NCBI GenBank assembly: GCA_964644695.1
Contig: CAZXWN010000003.1
Span: forward strand, 62,001 to 126,000
Reading direction: 5' to 3'
Origin: an uncultured bacterium
GTDB lineage: Bacteria > UBP4 > UBA4092
DNA: 64,000 bases
Shown: positions 19,468 to 28,907 of the stretch, piece after piece
How the letters are laid out: each line of letters starts with the position of its first letter
Numbering within the stretch: position 1 is the stretch's first letter
The notes under the pieces: model-generated
Database searches by the model: none
Seen by the model: only the letters and a program-made list of their open reading frames with translations
Told to the model about the DNA's origin: nothing
Position numbers and translations under genes: made by a program

Positions 19468-21567
19468 ATGTTAACAAACCATCAGCAACGACTGGTCATT
19501 GAGACTGGGAAACTGGTACTGGGATTTCAAACCGACAAATATTTTGCCTGGGATTTGATCTCCGACACAGAACGAAAAACGGCTCTTTTTAATAAACCCG
19601 GAAAGGAAGATTCCATCTGGTCCTTGGAAGTTAAGCAGCCGGATGAAACCCTGAAGGTTATTAAAGCCTGTGAAGCCGACTGGATGGGCGCAGAACTGGT
19701 CAGTCAGAATGAAGAAGGTCTTCATTTTGGTTTTGACTGGCAGTATACCTTAGCTCCTAAGGCCGTCTTAAAGGTTCGGGTCAATGTTAAAGTCGAACAG
19801 GGTTCTAATCTATCCTGCTGGAACATTGAGGTGACTCCTCCCAAAGGATATATTCTTCGTCAGGTGGATTTCCCCCTTATTTCGTATTTCCCTTCTGGCA
19901 AGGGCATCAAAATGGCCATGCCGCATGGTTGGGGTTTGGAATATGACCTCCATGAAGGTGCTAAAAATGAAGGATTTTATCCCTCTTGTCTGGCCAATAT
20001 GCAGTTTGTGGGTGTGTATGATAAAAAAGGTAACGGCCTCTATATCGGAGCTCACGACAAAAAAGCTTACCATAAAGAATTTGCGCTCAAAGCCGGGAAG
20101 ACCGCCGCTGAATTACGCGTCATAAATTATGTGGGTGTTGACCCGAAAAAGCCGTCTAAAGCCTATAAACTTCCCTTTGACATTATCATTGGGGCTTATA
20201 AAGGTGGATGGCGTGAAGCAGGTATGATTTATCGGGACTTCTCCTTCTCCACAAAATGGGGGAACATTCCGACTATCAGTAAACGCAATATTCCCCAGTG
20301 GCTAAAAGATACAGATCTCTGGATTCGGCCTGACGGTGATGTGGAAAGCAACCTTGCCGATACGGAAGAAGCCCTCCAGTTCTATGCAGGTATCCCAACC
20401 GCCTTACATTGGTACAGATGGCATAAGATTCCGTATGATACCCTCTATCCTGAATATTTCCCGACCAAACCAAACTTCGCCAAACAGGTAAAGTATCTTC
20501 AGGATAAATATGATGTGAAGATTACCCCCTACATTAATGGCCGTCTCTGGGACCCTGCAACTAAATCCTGGAAAACTAAAAAAGCTTTTGATTCTGCCTG
20601 TCTGAAAGAAGGCGGCGGATTCTTTACTGAATTTTATGCAACCTCTAATGTGGCAAACAATCCCATGTGTCCCACCACTCCATTGTGGCAGCAGACCGTT
20701 CGGGACATGGTTCAGAAAATCATCAAGGAAACCTATGTCAATGGTGTCTATATTGACCAGATTGGTGCTTCATGGCCGCATCGCTGTGTGAACGAAAAAC
20801 ATGGACATTTACTGGGTGGAGGTTGTTGGTGGTATGAAGGATATCGGAAGATGCTGGATGGTGTCAGAAAAGTCCTTCCCCAAAACCATATCATTACGAC
20901 TGAAGAAAATGCTGAATGTTGGATTGACCAGTTTGATGCTCAGTTGACCCTGAATATGCACGCCTCAGAGGGTAAATGGATCCCCCTATATCCTTTGGTA
21001 TATGGTGACAGAGTTCTGAGTTTCGGTTTTCTCTACTACAAACCGGAGGATTATACAAAAGGATTGCCGTTCCGGGTCAAAATGCAAAAGTGTCTCCTCT
21101 ATGGTTCACAGCTCGGATGGTGCTTCCCCAAAGGGTTGATGGCACCGGAGGCCAGACCTCAGGCTGAATTTATGAAAGATTTGGCTCTTGTCCGCAAATA
21201 TGCTCACGACTTCATTGCCGGCGGTCGCCTGATTGATTTAGTCGAAGTCAGTGGAAAGAATCCGAAAATTAAAGGTGAAGGCGTTTGTATCTTCGGTCCT
21301 AAATACCTGATAGACCAAAAAGCTGTCGAAGGAACTTTGTGGCTGGGTGAATCCGGTAAACTGGGTATTCTTTTGGCGAATGTGGCTGACCAGGAATGTA
21401 TGGTCACGGTCCAGATTCCAAAAGATTTGGTACCTCCACGGTCCGCAAATGGGCGTAAGTTTACCATCTATACAGCCGCTGGAAAAGTAGCCTTAGGTAA
21501 AGTGGAAAATTATCAAGTTAAAATGCGGATGCCGGCTTCCGGTGGCGCTCTTATTGTGATTGGTTGA
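19468..21567 (+). CDS. Putative glycoside hydrolase (DUF6259-like TIM barrel)
   Basis: WHKIPYDTLYPEYFP, PYINGRLWD, MCP...WQ and GVYIDQI motifs; directly upstream of a GH2 gene. Confidence 0.6.
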   Translation: MLTNHQQRLVIETGKLVLGFQTDKYFAWDLISDTERKTALFNKPGKEDSIWSLEVKQPDETLKVIKACEADWMGAELVSQNEEGLHFGFDWQYTLAPKAVLKVRVNVKVEQGSNLSCWNIEVTPPKGYILRQVDFPLISYFPSGKGIKMAMPHGWGLEYDLHEGAKNEGFYPSCLANMQFVGVYDKKGNGLYIGAHDKKAYHKEFALKAGKTAAELRVINYVGVDPKKPSKAYKLPFDIIIGAYKGGWREAGMIYRDFSFSTKWGNIPTISKRNIPQWLKDTDLWIRPDGDVESNLADTEEALQFYAGIPTALHWYRWHKIPYDTLYPEYFPTKPNFAKQVKYLQDKYDVKITPYINGRLWDPATKSWKTKKAFDSACLKEGGGFFTEFYATSNVANNPMCPTTPLWQQTVRDMVQKIIKETYVNGVYIDQIGASWPHRCVNEKHGHLLGGGCWWYEGYRKMLDGVRKVLPQNHIITTEENAECWIDQFDAQLTLNMHASEGKWIPLYPLVYGDRVLSFGFLYYKPEDYTKGLPFRVKMQKCLLYGSQLGWCFPKGLMAPEARPQAEFMKDLALVRKYAHDFIAGGRLIDLVEVSGKNPKIKGEGVCIFGPKYLIDQKAVEGTLWLGESGKLGILLANVADQECMVTVQIPKDLVPPRSANGRKFTIYTAAGKVALGKVENYQVKMRMPASGGALIVIG

Positions 21568-21599
21568 TTTATTGCATAACAGGGTAAGGGGATAAAACT

Positions 21600-23366
21600 A
21601 TGTCAAAACAAAACACAACATCTAAACAACTGAGGCCGGAACATCCCCGGCCTCAGTTTGTGAGAGAGTCCTGGTTATCTCTGAATGGTATTTGGTCTTT
21701 TGCATTGGACCCGGGCCAGTCTGGAGAAGAACGGGATATGCCCAAAGGGCAGGGTTTCGATTCTGAAATCACGGTTCCCTTTTGTCCAGAAAGTAAACTG
21801 TCGGGTATAGAACTGACAGACTTCATTCCTTCCTGTTGGTATGCTGTCTATATCAACATTCCAGAGGAATGGGTAGGAAACAGGACCCTGTTACATTTCG
21901 GGGCCGTGGATTATGAATCTACCCTCTGGTTGAATGGAAACAAGGTTGGGACCCACCGGGGTGGGTATTCCTCTTTCACAATGGATATCACTGACTTTCT
22001 GAAAGACGGTGAGAATCTTCTGGTATTACGGGCAAACGATAATACTCGTGACCCCTTGATTCCTTCCGGTAAACAGTCTGATAAATATGATTCTTATGGG
22101 TGTTTCTATACCCGTACTACCGGGATTTGGCAGACGGTCTGGCTGGAATCTGTCCCACAGACGTATCTGAAAACAGTGAAATATTACACCGATATCACCA
22201 ACAATAAAGTCAATATTCAGGCGCAAATTGCCGGGGATACCTCCGATTGTGATTTGACCTGTATCATCAAAGATAACGGTAAAGAAATTACCCGGACGAC
22301 CATCAAAGCCGCGGCTAATGTCAGTATGGATATCTCCATTCCTGATGCAGTTTTGTGGGAACCTGGGAAACCCTATCTGTATGATGTGGAATTTATTCTG
22401 TCTTGTGAGGGTACTGATTTTGACCGTGTCTCCAGTTATTTGGGGATGCGGGAAGTCAAAATTGAAGGTTATAAAGTTCTGATTAATGGAAAATCTGTTT
22501 TTCAAAGGTTGGTTTTGGACCAGGGATTCTATCCAGACGGAATATATACTGCCCCCACGGACAGAGACCTGAAAAAAGATATCGAGATGTCTCTAACAGC
22601 CGGATTCAATGGGGCCCGCCTCCATGAAAAAGTTTTTGAAGAAAGATTCTTGTACTGGTGTGACAAGCTGGGTTATCTGGTCTGGGGTGAATTCCCAAAC
22701 TGGGGATTATCGCTTAATATTCCCGGAGCACTGGACCGAATGACCCGCGAATGGGTCGAAGTTATGGAACGGGACTTTAATCATCCTGCCATTATCGGCT
22801 GGTGCCCCTTTAATGAAACAACCAATGACCAGGACCCGGAAATACTTCGTACGGTGTGCCGCCTGACCAAAACTCTGGATACAACCCGCCCTGTTATTGA
22901 TACTTCCGGATACTTCCATGTAGAAACCGATATCTATGATGTTCATGATTATGAACAAAATCCCGAAGTATTGAAATCCCATCATGACCCAATGCTAACT
23001 GATGACAGTAAGGCATGGAAGAATTTCCCGGAGCCATGGAATCGGAATGCTTCCTATCAGGGCAAGATTCCCTATTTTGTAAGTGAATATGGTGGAATTT
23101 GGTGGAATCCCAATCAGAAGGATGAAAAGTCCTGGGGATATGGCAATCGTCCTTCCAGTGAAGAGGATTTTGTTACTCGTTACATTGAATTAACGAAAGT
23201 CCTGTTAAATCATCCCAAGATGTTTGGTTTTTGTTACACTCAACTTTATGATGTTGAACAGGAAGTAAACGGTCTTTATACCTATGACCGCAAAATGAAA
23301 ATAAGCGCTAAATCACTGGCTCGAATCAAGGAAATCAATCAAACTAAGGCAGCGATTGAAGATTGA
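21600..23366 (+). CDS. Glycoside hydrolase family 2 (beta-galactosidase/glucuronidase-like)
   Basis: HPRPQFVR, HFGAVDY, TGIWQTVWLE, LDQGFYPDG, acid/base PFNE and nucleophile SEYGG. Confidence 0.93.
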   Translation: MSKQNTTSKQLRPEHPRPQFVRESWLSLNGIWSFALDPGQSGEERDMPKGQGFDSEITVPFCPESKLSGIELTDFIPSCWYAVYINIPEEWVGNRTLLHFGAVDYESTLWLNGNKVGTHRGGYSSFTMDITDFLKDGENLLVLRANDNTRDPLIPSGKQSDKYDSYGCFYTRTTGIWQTVWLESVPQTYLKTVKYYTDITNNKVNIQAQIAGDTSDCDLTCIIKDNGKEITRTTIKAAANVSMDISIPDAVLWEPGKPYLYDVEFILSCEGTDFDRVSSYLGMREVKIEGYKVLINGKSVFQRLVLDQGFYPDGIYTAPTDRDLKKDIEMSLTAGFNGARLHEKVFEERFLYWCDKLGYLVWGEFPNWGLSLNIPGALDRMTREWVEVMERDFNHPAIIGWCPFNETTNDQDPEILRTVCRLTKTLDTTRPVIDTSGYFHVETDIYDVHDYEQNPEVLKSHHDPMLTDDSKAWKNFPEPWNRNASYQGKIPYFVSEYGGIWWNPNQKDEKSWGYGNRPSSEEDFVTRYIELTKVLLNHPKMFGFCYTQLYDVEQEVNGLYTYDRKMKISAKSLARIKEINQTKAAIED

Positions 23367-23416
23367 AATAAGTACTGATTCTGATGCCCAGGATATTGAA
23401 AGGAGAACAGGAAACC

Positions 23417-24700
23417 ATGAAGTCTAAATTAGTTCTTTTGACAGTTATCCTCCTGTTGATTGTGACAGGGGCTTTTGCTGCAGTTAAACAAGATGCTCCT
23501 GATGAATTAAGGGGTATATGGGTATCCAGAACAGACATTTATAAAGGGAAAGCCTTTATCTCTAAAATGTTTAGTGCCTTGGCCGAAGCAAACATCAACA
23601 CCGTGTGTCTCCCGACCTATTACAAAGGGGTGGTGACCTATCCCGGCAGTAAATATTTACCGATAGACCCTGTTCTTGAGAAAATAGACCCCGATTACCT
23701 GAACTGGATGATCAAAGAAGCCAAGAAGAATGGATTGAGTGTTGAAGCATGGCCTGAATATGGGTACTATGCTTATTTCACTCCAGACCTCTCAAAGGAG
23801 ACCACCTGGGGCGTTTTCCTGGATAAATATCCGGAATTGACAGCGATTACTGTGGATGGAGTTCCATATTTAAGTAACAAATTCGGGACGTACTTCTCTT
23901 TGTGTCCATCAAACCCTAAAAGCCATGAATTGATGACTGATTTATTAACTGAGATGGTGGCTAAGTATGATTTTGATGCCCTGAATGTTGACCGGGCACG
24001 GTATCCCTCTGATCAGTTCTGTTTCTGTGACTATTGTAAAAAACATTTTAAGCAGGAAACCGGGTTAACGCTGGATAAAGCGTTACTGTCAGACCCGGGG
24101 AAAAAGAAAGTCTTGATTCAGTGGCGGAAGGACCGGGTTACATCCTTCATGGAACGATTACGTCGTTCTGTTGATAAAACCCGGCCGGGTGTAAGAATTA
24201 CTGCTGATGTCTGGTCTGGTGTATCGGACAGCGATGAAAAGGGTCAGGATTGGCCAACTTGGTTGGATAGAGGGTACCTTGATATAGCGGTTCCGATGAT
24301 GTACTACAACGATATTACTCAGGAAATGAATAATGCCATTTCTAAAGCCCCTTCTTCACGGTATATGGCTGCCGGCATTACGGTAGAGACAAACAAACCC
24401 GAAACAGTCAGGCAACACATCCAACAGGCCCGTGATGTTAATGCTGCAGGTTTTGTCTTGTGGTATATGGGAACGGTTGAGGATGACTTACCCTTATTGA
24501 AATCAACTGTATTATCCAAGCCAGCTAAACCTTTTTATCCGGAACGCCGTAAATTGATCCCAACAGTCATTAAAGGCCGGCCGAAATTCCTTAAAGAACC
24601 GGGTAAAGGATATAAGAGTACTGCGAAAGGTGTGAAACCACCTTTACTACCCACCGTTAAAAGTGATATAGATACTGAAGCTCCAGTAAAAAATAGATAA
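23417..24700 (+). CDS. Secreted GHL10/DUF187-family glycoside hydrolase-like protein
   Basis: Signal peptide, ELRGIWV, YDFDALNVDRARYP, GQDWPTW and PMMY motifs. Confidence 0.85.
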   Translation: MKSKLVLLTVILLLIVTGAFAAVKQDAPDELRGIWVSRTDIYKGKAFISKMFSALAEANINTVCLPTYYKGVVTYPGSKYLPIDPVLEKIDPDYLNWMIKEAKKNGLSVEAWPEYGYYAYFTPDLSKETTWGVFLDKYPELTAITVDGVPYLSNKFGTYFSLCPSNPKSHELMTDLLTEMVAKYDFDALNVDRARYPSDQFCFCDYCKKHFKQETGLTLDKALLSDPGKKKVLIQWRKDRVTSFMERLRRSVDKTRPGVRITADVWSGVSDSDEKGQDWPTWLDRGYLDIAVPMMYYNDITQEMNNAISKAPSSRYMAAGITVETNKPETVRQHIQQARDVNAAGFVLWYMGTVEDDLPLLKSTVLSKPAKPFYPERRKLIPTVIKGRPKFLKEPGKGYKSTAKGVKPPLLPTVKSDIDTEAPVKNR

Positions 24701-24704
24701 AATT

Positions 24705-24734
24705 AAAGAGAGGATGAGTACATCCTCTCTTTTT
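24705..24734 (+). terminator. Intrinsic terminator
   Basis: AAAGAGAGGATG-agta-CATCCTCTCTTTTT. Confidence 0.85.
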
Positions 24735-24850
24735 ATTTTGGTATGGTTCAAGTCCCCCCCTGTTACATTCTGGGGTTTATCTGATAATATAGTGAAGTGT
24801 CATCGGTTGAGGCCGGCCACGAATTTTAAATTAAAATATTGTGTTAACAA

Positions 24851-26017
24851 ATGGCAGATAAGATTAAACTAGGGATTATAGGTAGTTCGACAATGTATGG
24901 ATACGGTCAGTTACCGCTGGCCGTGGACCATCCGGATTATGAGGTGTATGCTATCGCCGAAGTGAATCCGGATCGGTTGGACTTTATTGCGGGACAGTGC
25001 AAAGTTCCTCCCGAAAGACGATTCTCAGACTATCATGACCTCCTCCAAATGCCTGAAATCCAGGGTGTTGTTGTCACCACAAGGGTGGACCAACACTATG
25101 GAGTTGTCATGTCTGCCGCTTTAGCCGGAAAACATATTCTATGTGAACGGCCCTTAGCCCCGACTGTCGCCCAGGGTTGGGAGATGGTTGATGCCGCCCG
25201 CCAGAACAATGTCATGCTGCTGGTAAACCTTCCGGTTCGAATGGAAGCACCCACGCGGAAACTTATACAATTAGTCCGGGAAGGCAAAGTAGGCAAAGTC
25301 TGTTCTCTGCGCCTTTGTTACTTGTGGTATGGACCTGAAGCGGACCGGAGGAGTTACCGTCAGGTAGGGTCTGCTGCAGATTCTCTTAATTATCTGTGGT
25401 TTGGTGCGGAGATTGATAAACAGACTGGGAGTCAGCGGTCACGCCGGGACATCCTGATGGAGGAAGGTGGAGGGCCTATTTTCGATACAGGCACTCACTA
25501 CTTCGATTTGGCGAGAGTGTTGGCTGGCAGTGAATTCCGTGATATTAACGCGGTTGGTTCCTGGGTGGAAACCCAATATAACAATCCAGGTCATGTCATC
25601 TGTACCGGATATTTCGAAAACGGTGTCATTGCCTTGATAGAAGAAAGCTGGGTTTATACCCACAATTCCGGAAGAAGAAATGCCGTTCACCGGGTTGAGG
25701 TCGTGGGTACAGAGGGCCTGGCCGTTAATGAGTGGGACTGGGACCCCGAAAAACAAATCTATACCGCCAATAAAGTAAAGCTGTTTGCTGGAGGCCAGTT
25801 CCAGGAAGATGTCTATCAGGTTGAAAAAGACTTTGTTGCCATGTATGGGCATTTTGCGAATGTGGTCCGTGAAGGTAAATATAATCCTGATATGGCGACT
25901 GGTGAAGATGGCATTATTGCCATGGAGTGTGCCATGAAAGCTCTGGATGCCTGTCGCAGGAATCGGTTTGCTAAAAACGAGATTCTCCGGGAACAGTCAA
26001 AATACTGGGTTACCTAA
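24851..26017 (+). CDS. Gfo/Idh/MocA family oxidoreductase
   Basis: N-terminal Rossmann fold, GKHILCERP (variant of CEKP) and GGGPIFDTGTHYFD. Confidence 0.9.
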   Translation: MADKIKLGIIGSSTMYGYGQLPLAVDHPDYEVYAIAEVNPDRLDFIAGQCKVPPERRFSDYHDLLQMPEIQGVVVTTRVDQHYGVVMSAALAGKHILCERPLAPTVAQGWEMVDAARQNNVMLLVNLPVRMEAPTRKLIQLVREGKVGKVCSLRLCYLWYGPEADRRSYRQVGSAADSLNYLWFGAEIDKQTGSQRSRRDILMEEGGGPIFDTGTHYFDLARVLAGSEFRDINAVGSWVETQYNNPGHVICTGYFENGVIALIEESWVYTHNSGRRNAVHRVEVVGTEGLAVNEWDWDPEKQIYTANKVKLFAGGQFQEDVYQVEKDFVAMYGHFANVVREGKYNPDMATGEDGIIAMECAMKALDACRRNRFAKNEILREQSKYWVT

Positions 26018-26039
26018 AACAAAACAAGAAAACAAATTG

Positions 26040-26066
26040 AAAGCCCCTGTCATCAGGGGCTTTTTT
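26040..26066 (+). terminator. Intrinsic terminator
   Basis: AAAGCCCCTG-tcat-CAGGGGCTTTTTT. Confidence 0.85.
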
Positions 26067-26121
26067 ATTAGAGTATTTATTGAAGGTAAAATAATAATTA
26101 GCGAGGTAAGAGTGATTCATT

Positions 26122-26598
26122 ATGTCTCATCTTAAAACGAATGCCATGCGTATCCTTGATAAAGCAGGCATCACATACAACACCTATTCGTATGATTCTG
26201 TTGATGGCTTAATAGATGGTATTTCTGTGGCAAAGAAAATCTCTCGGCCTGTGGATCAGGTCTATAAAACACTGGTCACTCAAGGTTCCAGCCGGGAATA
26301 TTATGTGTTTGTGATTCCTGTGACCGATGAATTGGATCTGAAGGCAGCCGCCAGAGCCGTGAATGAGAAATCAATTGAGATGATAAAGGTCAGTGATATT
26401 AACAAAATTACTGGATATATCCGGGGTGGATGTTCACCGGTGGGGATGAAAAAAGAATATAAAACAGTGGTGAATGATTCCTGTCTCATCCAGGAAAAGA
26501 TGATTTTCAGTGCTGGAAAAATTGGGTATCAGATTGAAATGGCACCGGATGATTTACTCAATATCACCCATGGGAATACAGCGCACATTGTCATTTAA
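26122..26598 (+). CDS. ybaK: Cys-tRNA(Pro) deacylase YbaK
   Basis: KTNAMRILD, VYKTLV, TGYIRGGCSP and SAGKIG. Confidence 0.93.
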   Translation: MSHLKTNAMRILDKAGITYNTYSYDSVDGLIDGISVAKKISRPVDQVYKTLVTQGSSREYYVFVIPVTDELDLKAAARAVNEKSIEMIKVSDINKITGYIRGGCSPVGMKKEYKTVVNDSCLIQEKMIFSAGKIGYQIEMAPDDLLNITHGNTAHIVI

Positions 26599-26630
26599 TG
26601 AAATGAAACACTAATCAACGAAAGAAATAT

Positions 26631-27785
26631 ATGGAACTCTTATTACTCACAGTTATTTATTTAGCTTTTATCAGTCTTGGATTACCTGATGGTGTATTTG
26701 GAGTTGCCTGGCCGGATATTCGAATCGAGTTTGGTCAGCCTATCCAGGCCGCGGGTATCATTTCCATTCTGCTGATGAGTTTCTCCGCACTCTCCAGTTT
26801 TACATCAGGCCGAGTGGTCGGAAGATTTGGTACAGGAAAAGTAACTTTTATCAGTTGCCTGATGACAGGACTGGCTTTGTGGGGGTATGGATTATCCCCT
26901 TCATATCTCTGGCTGATAGCATTAGCCATTCCTTTGGGATTAGGTCAGGGGGCCGTAGATTCCGGGTTGAATAATTACGTTGCGCAAAACTATTCTTCAC
27001 GGCACATGAACTGGCTCCATTGCTGTTGGGGAATTGGTGCCAGCCTGGGGCCTTTCATTATGACCTGGACCATGGCCCATGGAGGCACATGGAGGGGTGG
27101 ATATGGCCACATCTCTCTTATGCAAATCGTACTGGCTCTGATACTCCTTCTAAGCCTGAAGCTCTGGAAAAAGAACGGGTCAGGTACCGAAAACGCTTCT
27201 GAAACACACATTCCCGGCCAAACTTCGAAATTGTTCAAACTGCCTGCGGCATGGCTGGGGGTACTGTTGTTTTTTGTGTATGCCGGGGCGGAGTTTTCGG
27301 TAGGATTGTGGGCCAATAGTTTTCTGGTGGAATCCCGCCACATTCCCAAAACATCCGCGGGGTTATGGATAACCTGGTACTACGGGGCGTTGATGTTTGG
27401 CCGGTTTGTTACAGGCTTGATTGTGAATCAATTAGGTAACCGGACCTTGATTCGTCTGGGTCTGGGAATCTCCGGATTGGGAGCGTTATGTCTCTTTATC
27501 CCCGGATATCCGATTCTGTTGATGGTAGGACTTATTCTGATGGGGTTTGGATATGGACCCTTATATCCCTGTATGATGCACGAGACTTCTGCCCGATTTG
27601 ATCCAGTTCTGACCCGGACATTGATTGGTTACCAGGTAGGAACTGCGTGTCTGGGAGGTTCACTTTTAACCGCAGGATTGGGTGTTTTACTGGGATGGGG
27701 GACACTGGAGATATTACTGCCCTGTCTGGTGGGAATGATAGGGACATTGTTCCTGTTGTCGGAGTGGCAGAACCGATTGTCTTAA
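26631..27785 (+). CDS. MFS transporter (fucose permease-like)
   Basis: IYLAFISLGLPD, GAVDSGLN and HMNWLH motifs; about 12 hydrophobic segments. Confidence 0.9.
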   Translation: MELLLLTVIYLAFISLGLPDGVFGVAWPDIRIEFGQPIQAAGIISILLMSFSALSSFTSGRVVGRFGTGKVTFISCLMTGLALWGYGLSPSYLWLIALAIPLGLGQGAVDSGLNNYVAQNYSSRHMNWLHCCWGIGASLGPFIMTWTMAHGGTWRGGYGHISLMQIVLALILLLSLKLWKKNGSGTENASETHIPGQTSKLFKLPAAWLGVLLFFVYAGAEFSVGLWANSFLVESRHIPKTSAGLWITWYYGALMFGRFVTGLIVNQLGNRTLIRLGLGISGLGALCLFIPGYPILLMVGLILMGFGYGPLYPCMMHETSARFDPVLTRTLIGYQVGTACLGGSLLTAGLGVLLGWGTLEILLPCLVGMIGTLFLLSEWQNRLS

Positions 27786-27805
27786 GGAGTGTTAGATAAT
27801 AAATA

Positions 27806-27914
27806 AGGTGGTGACCCTCTTCTGTTTAACCCTATCTTGTATCCCTTTCTCAATCACCCTGTTATTTTCTTTCCAATTCTTTTCTATTCTATCCAGAAGA
27901 GGGTCATACCACCT
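27806..27914. repeat. Long inverted repeat enclosing a 69-nt pyrimidine-rich loop
   Basis: AGGTGG-TGACCCTCTTCTG (27806-27824) pairs with CAGAAGAGGGTCA-ta-CCACCT (27894-27914). Confidence 0.75.
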
Positions 27915-27970
27915 GGCGTCTTTAATTAAAACATATCCCTTTTTATGGGAAATGACCACTTATTTAGATA

Positions 27971-28765
27971 TCAAAGCCAGTGGATGGGGGCTGATTTCCG
28001 GGGAGGTACCTGATAATAGGTAATATCGGGGTATCCAAGCATCATGGCGCCGCAGGTAATATGGTTTTCGGGTAATTTCAGGAACTGGCTATACTTGTCC
28101 GGCGCCATACCCATGGCAATCATCAGGAATCCTGCCCAACAGGACCCTAACCCGTAATGATGAGCCGCTAAGTCCAAATAGGTGACCGCAATAGTCCCAT
28201 CCACAAAGGGAGTGAAACTCTTTTTGTCCATGTGAACAATGGCGACACAGGGGGCACCCCGGAATATCATGTCATTACCGCTTCTGACCGCTTCGATTAA
28301 TCTTTTGAATCGGCCCGAGGTTTCCATGACTTCCAGAGTTAATTCTAATAAGTCATGAATTTTCTCCGGTTCATTAATGACTGTCCAATGACAGGGCTGC
28401 CCGTTTTTTGCGCTGGGGGCCCAGGGGGTAATCTCAAATAACCGCTTAATATCCGCCTCATCAACCGCCTTCTTTAGGTACTTTCTCACAGAGCGGCGGG
28501 TCCGGATAAACTGAATAAACGATTCATCTGAAATCGTTAAATCAGGGTTGATAGATACAGATTGATATTGGGGATAAGCTGTCAGTTTAATGGAAGAGGT
28601 GGGGCACACAGACACACAATGACCACATTCGATACATAATGAAGCTGCCTTATCAATTCCCATGGGAAATCCCTCATTATCCACAGTCAGGACACTCATG
28701 GGGCAGACTTCGACACACTGGCTATCCCTCAAACAGGTTTCTTGATTAACTTCAACGATACTCAT
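27971..28765 (-). CDS. Nitroreductase family protein with N-terminal 4Fe-4S ferredoxin domain
   Basis: CIECGHCVSVCP, RRSVRKY, APSAKNGQP and GLGSCWAG; GAGGAG SD before ATG 28765. Confidence 0.92.
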   Translation of the reverse strand: MSIVEVNQETCLRDSQCVEVCPMSVLTVDNEGFPMGIDKAASLCIECGHCVSVCPTSSIKLTAYPQYQSVSINPDLTISDESFIQFIRTRRSVRKYLKKAVDEADIKRLFEITPWAPSAKNGQPCHWTVINEPEKIHDLLELTLEVMETSGRFKRLIEAVRSGNDMIFRGAPCVAIVHMDKKSFTPFVDGTIAVTYLDLAAHHYGLGSCWAGFLMIAMGMAPDKYSQFLKLPENHITCGAMMLGYPDITYYQVPPRKSAPIHWL

Positions 28766-28854
28766 ATGAATAGGCTCCTCGATTAACATCCCAATGATGA
28801 TTAGTAATATTTTCGGTGAATTGCATATACAGAAGCAAGTTGACCATTCAATGT

Positions 28855-28885
28855 AAAACCCGGTAAACCACCAAGTTTACCGGGT
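28855..28885 (-). terminator. Intrinsic terminator of rmuC
   Basis: ACCCGGTAAAC...GTTTACCGGGT followed by U residues on the minus strand. Confidence 0.75.
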
Positions 28886-28907
28886 CATGATTTCAATGGG
28901 ATACTTT

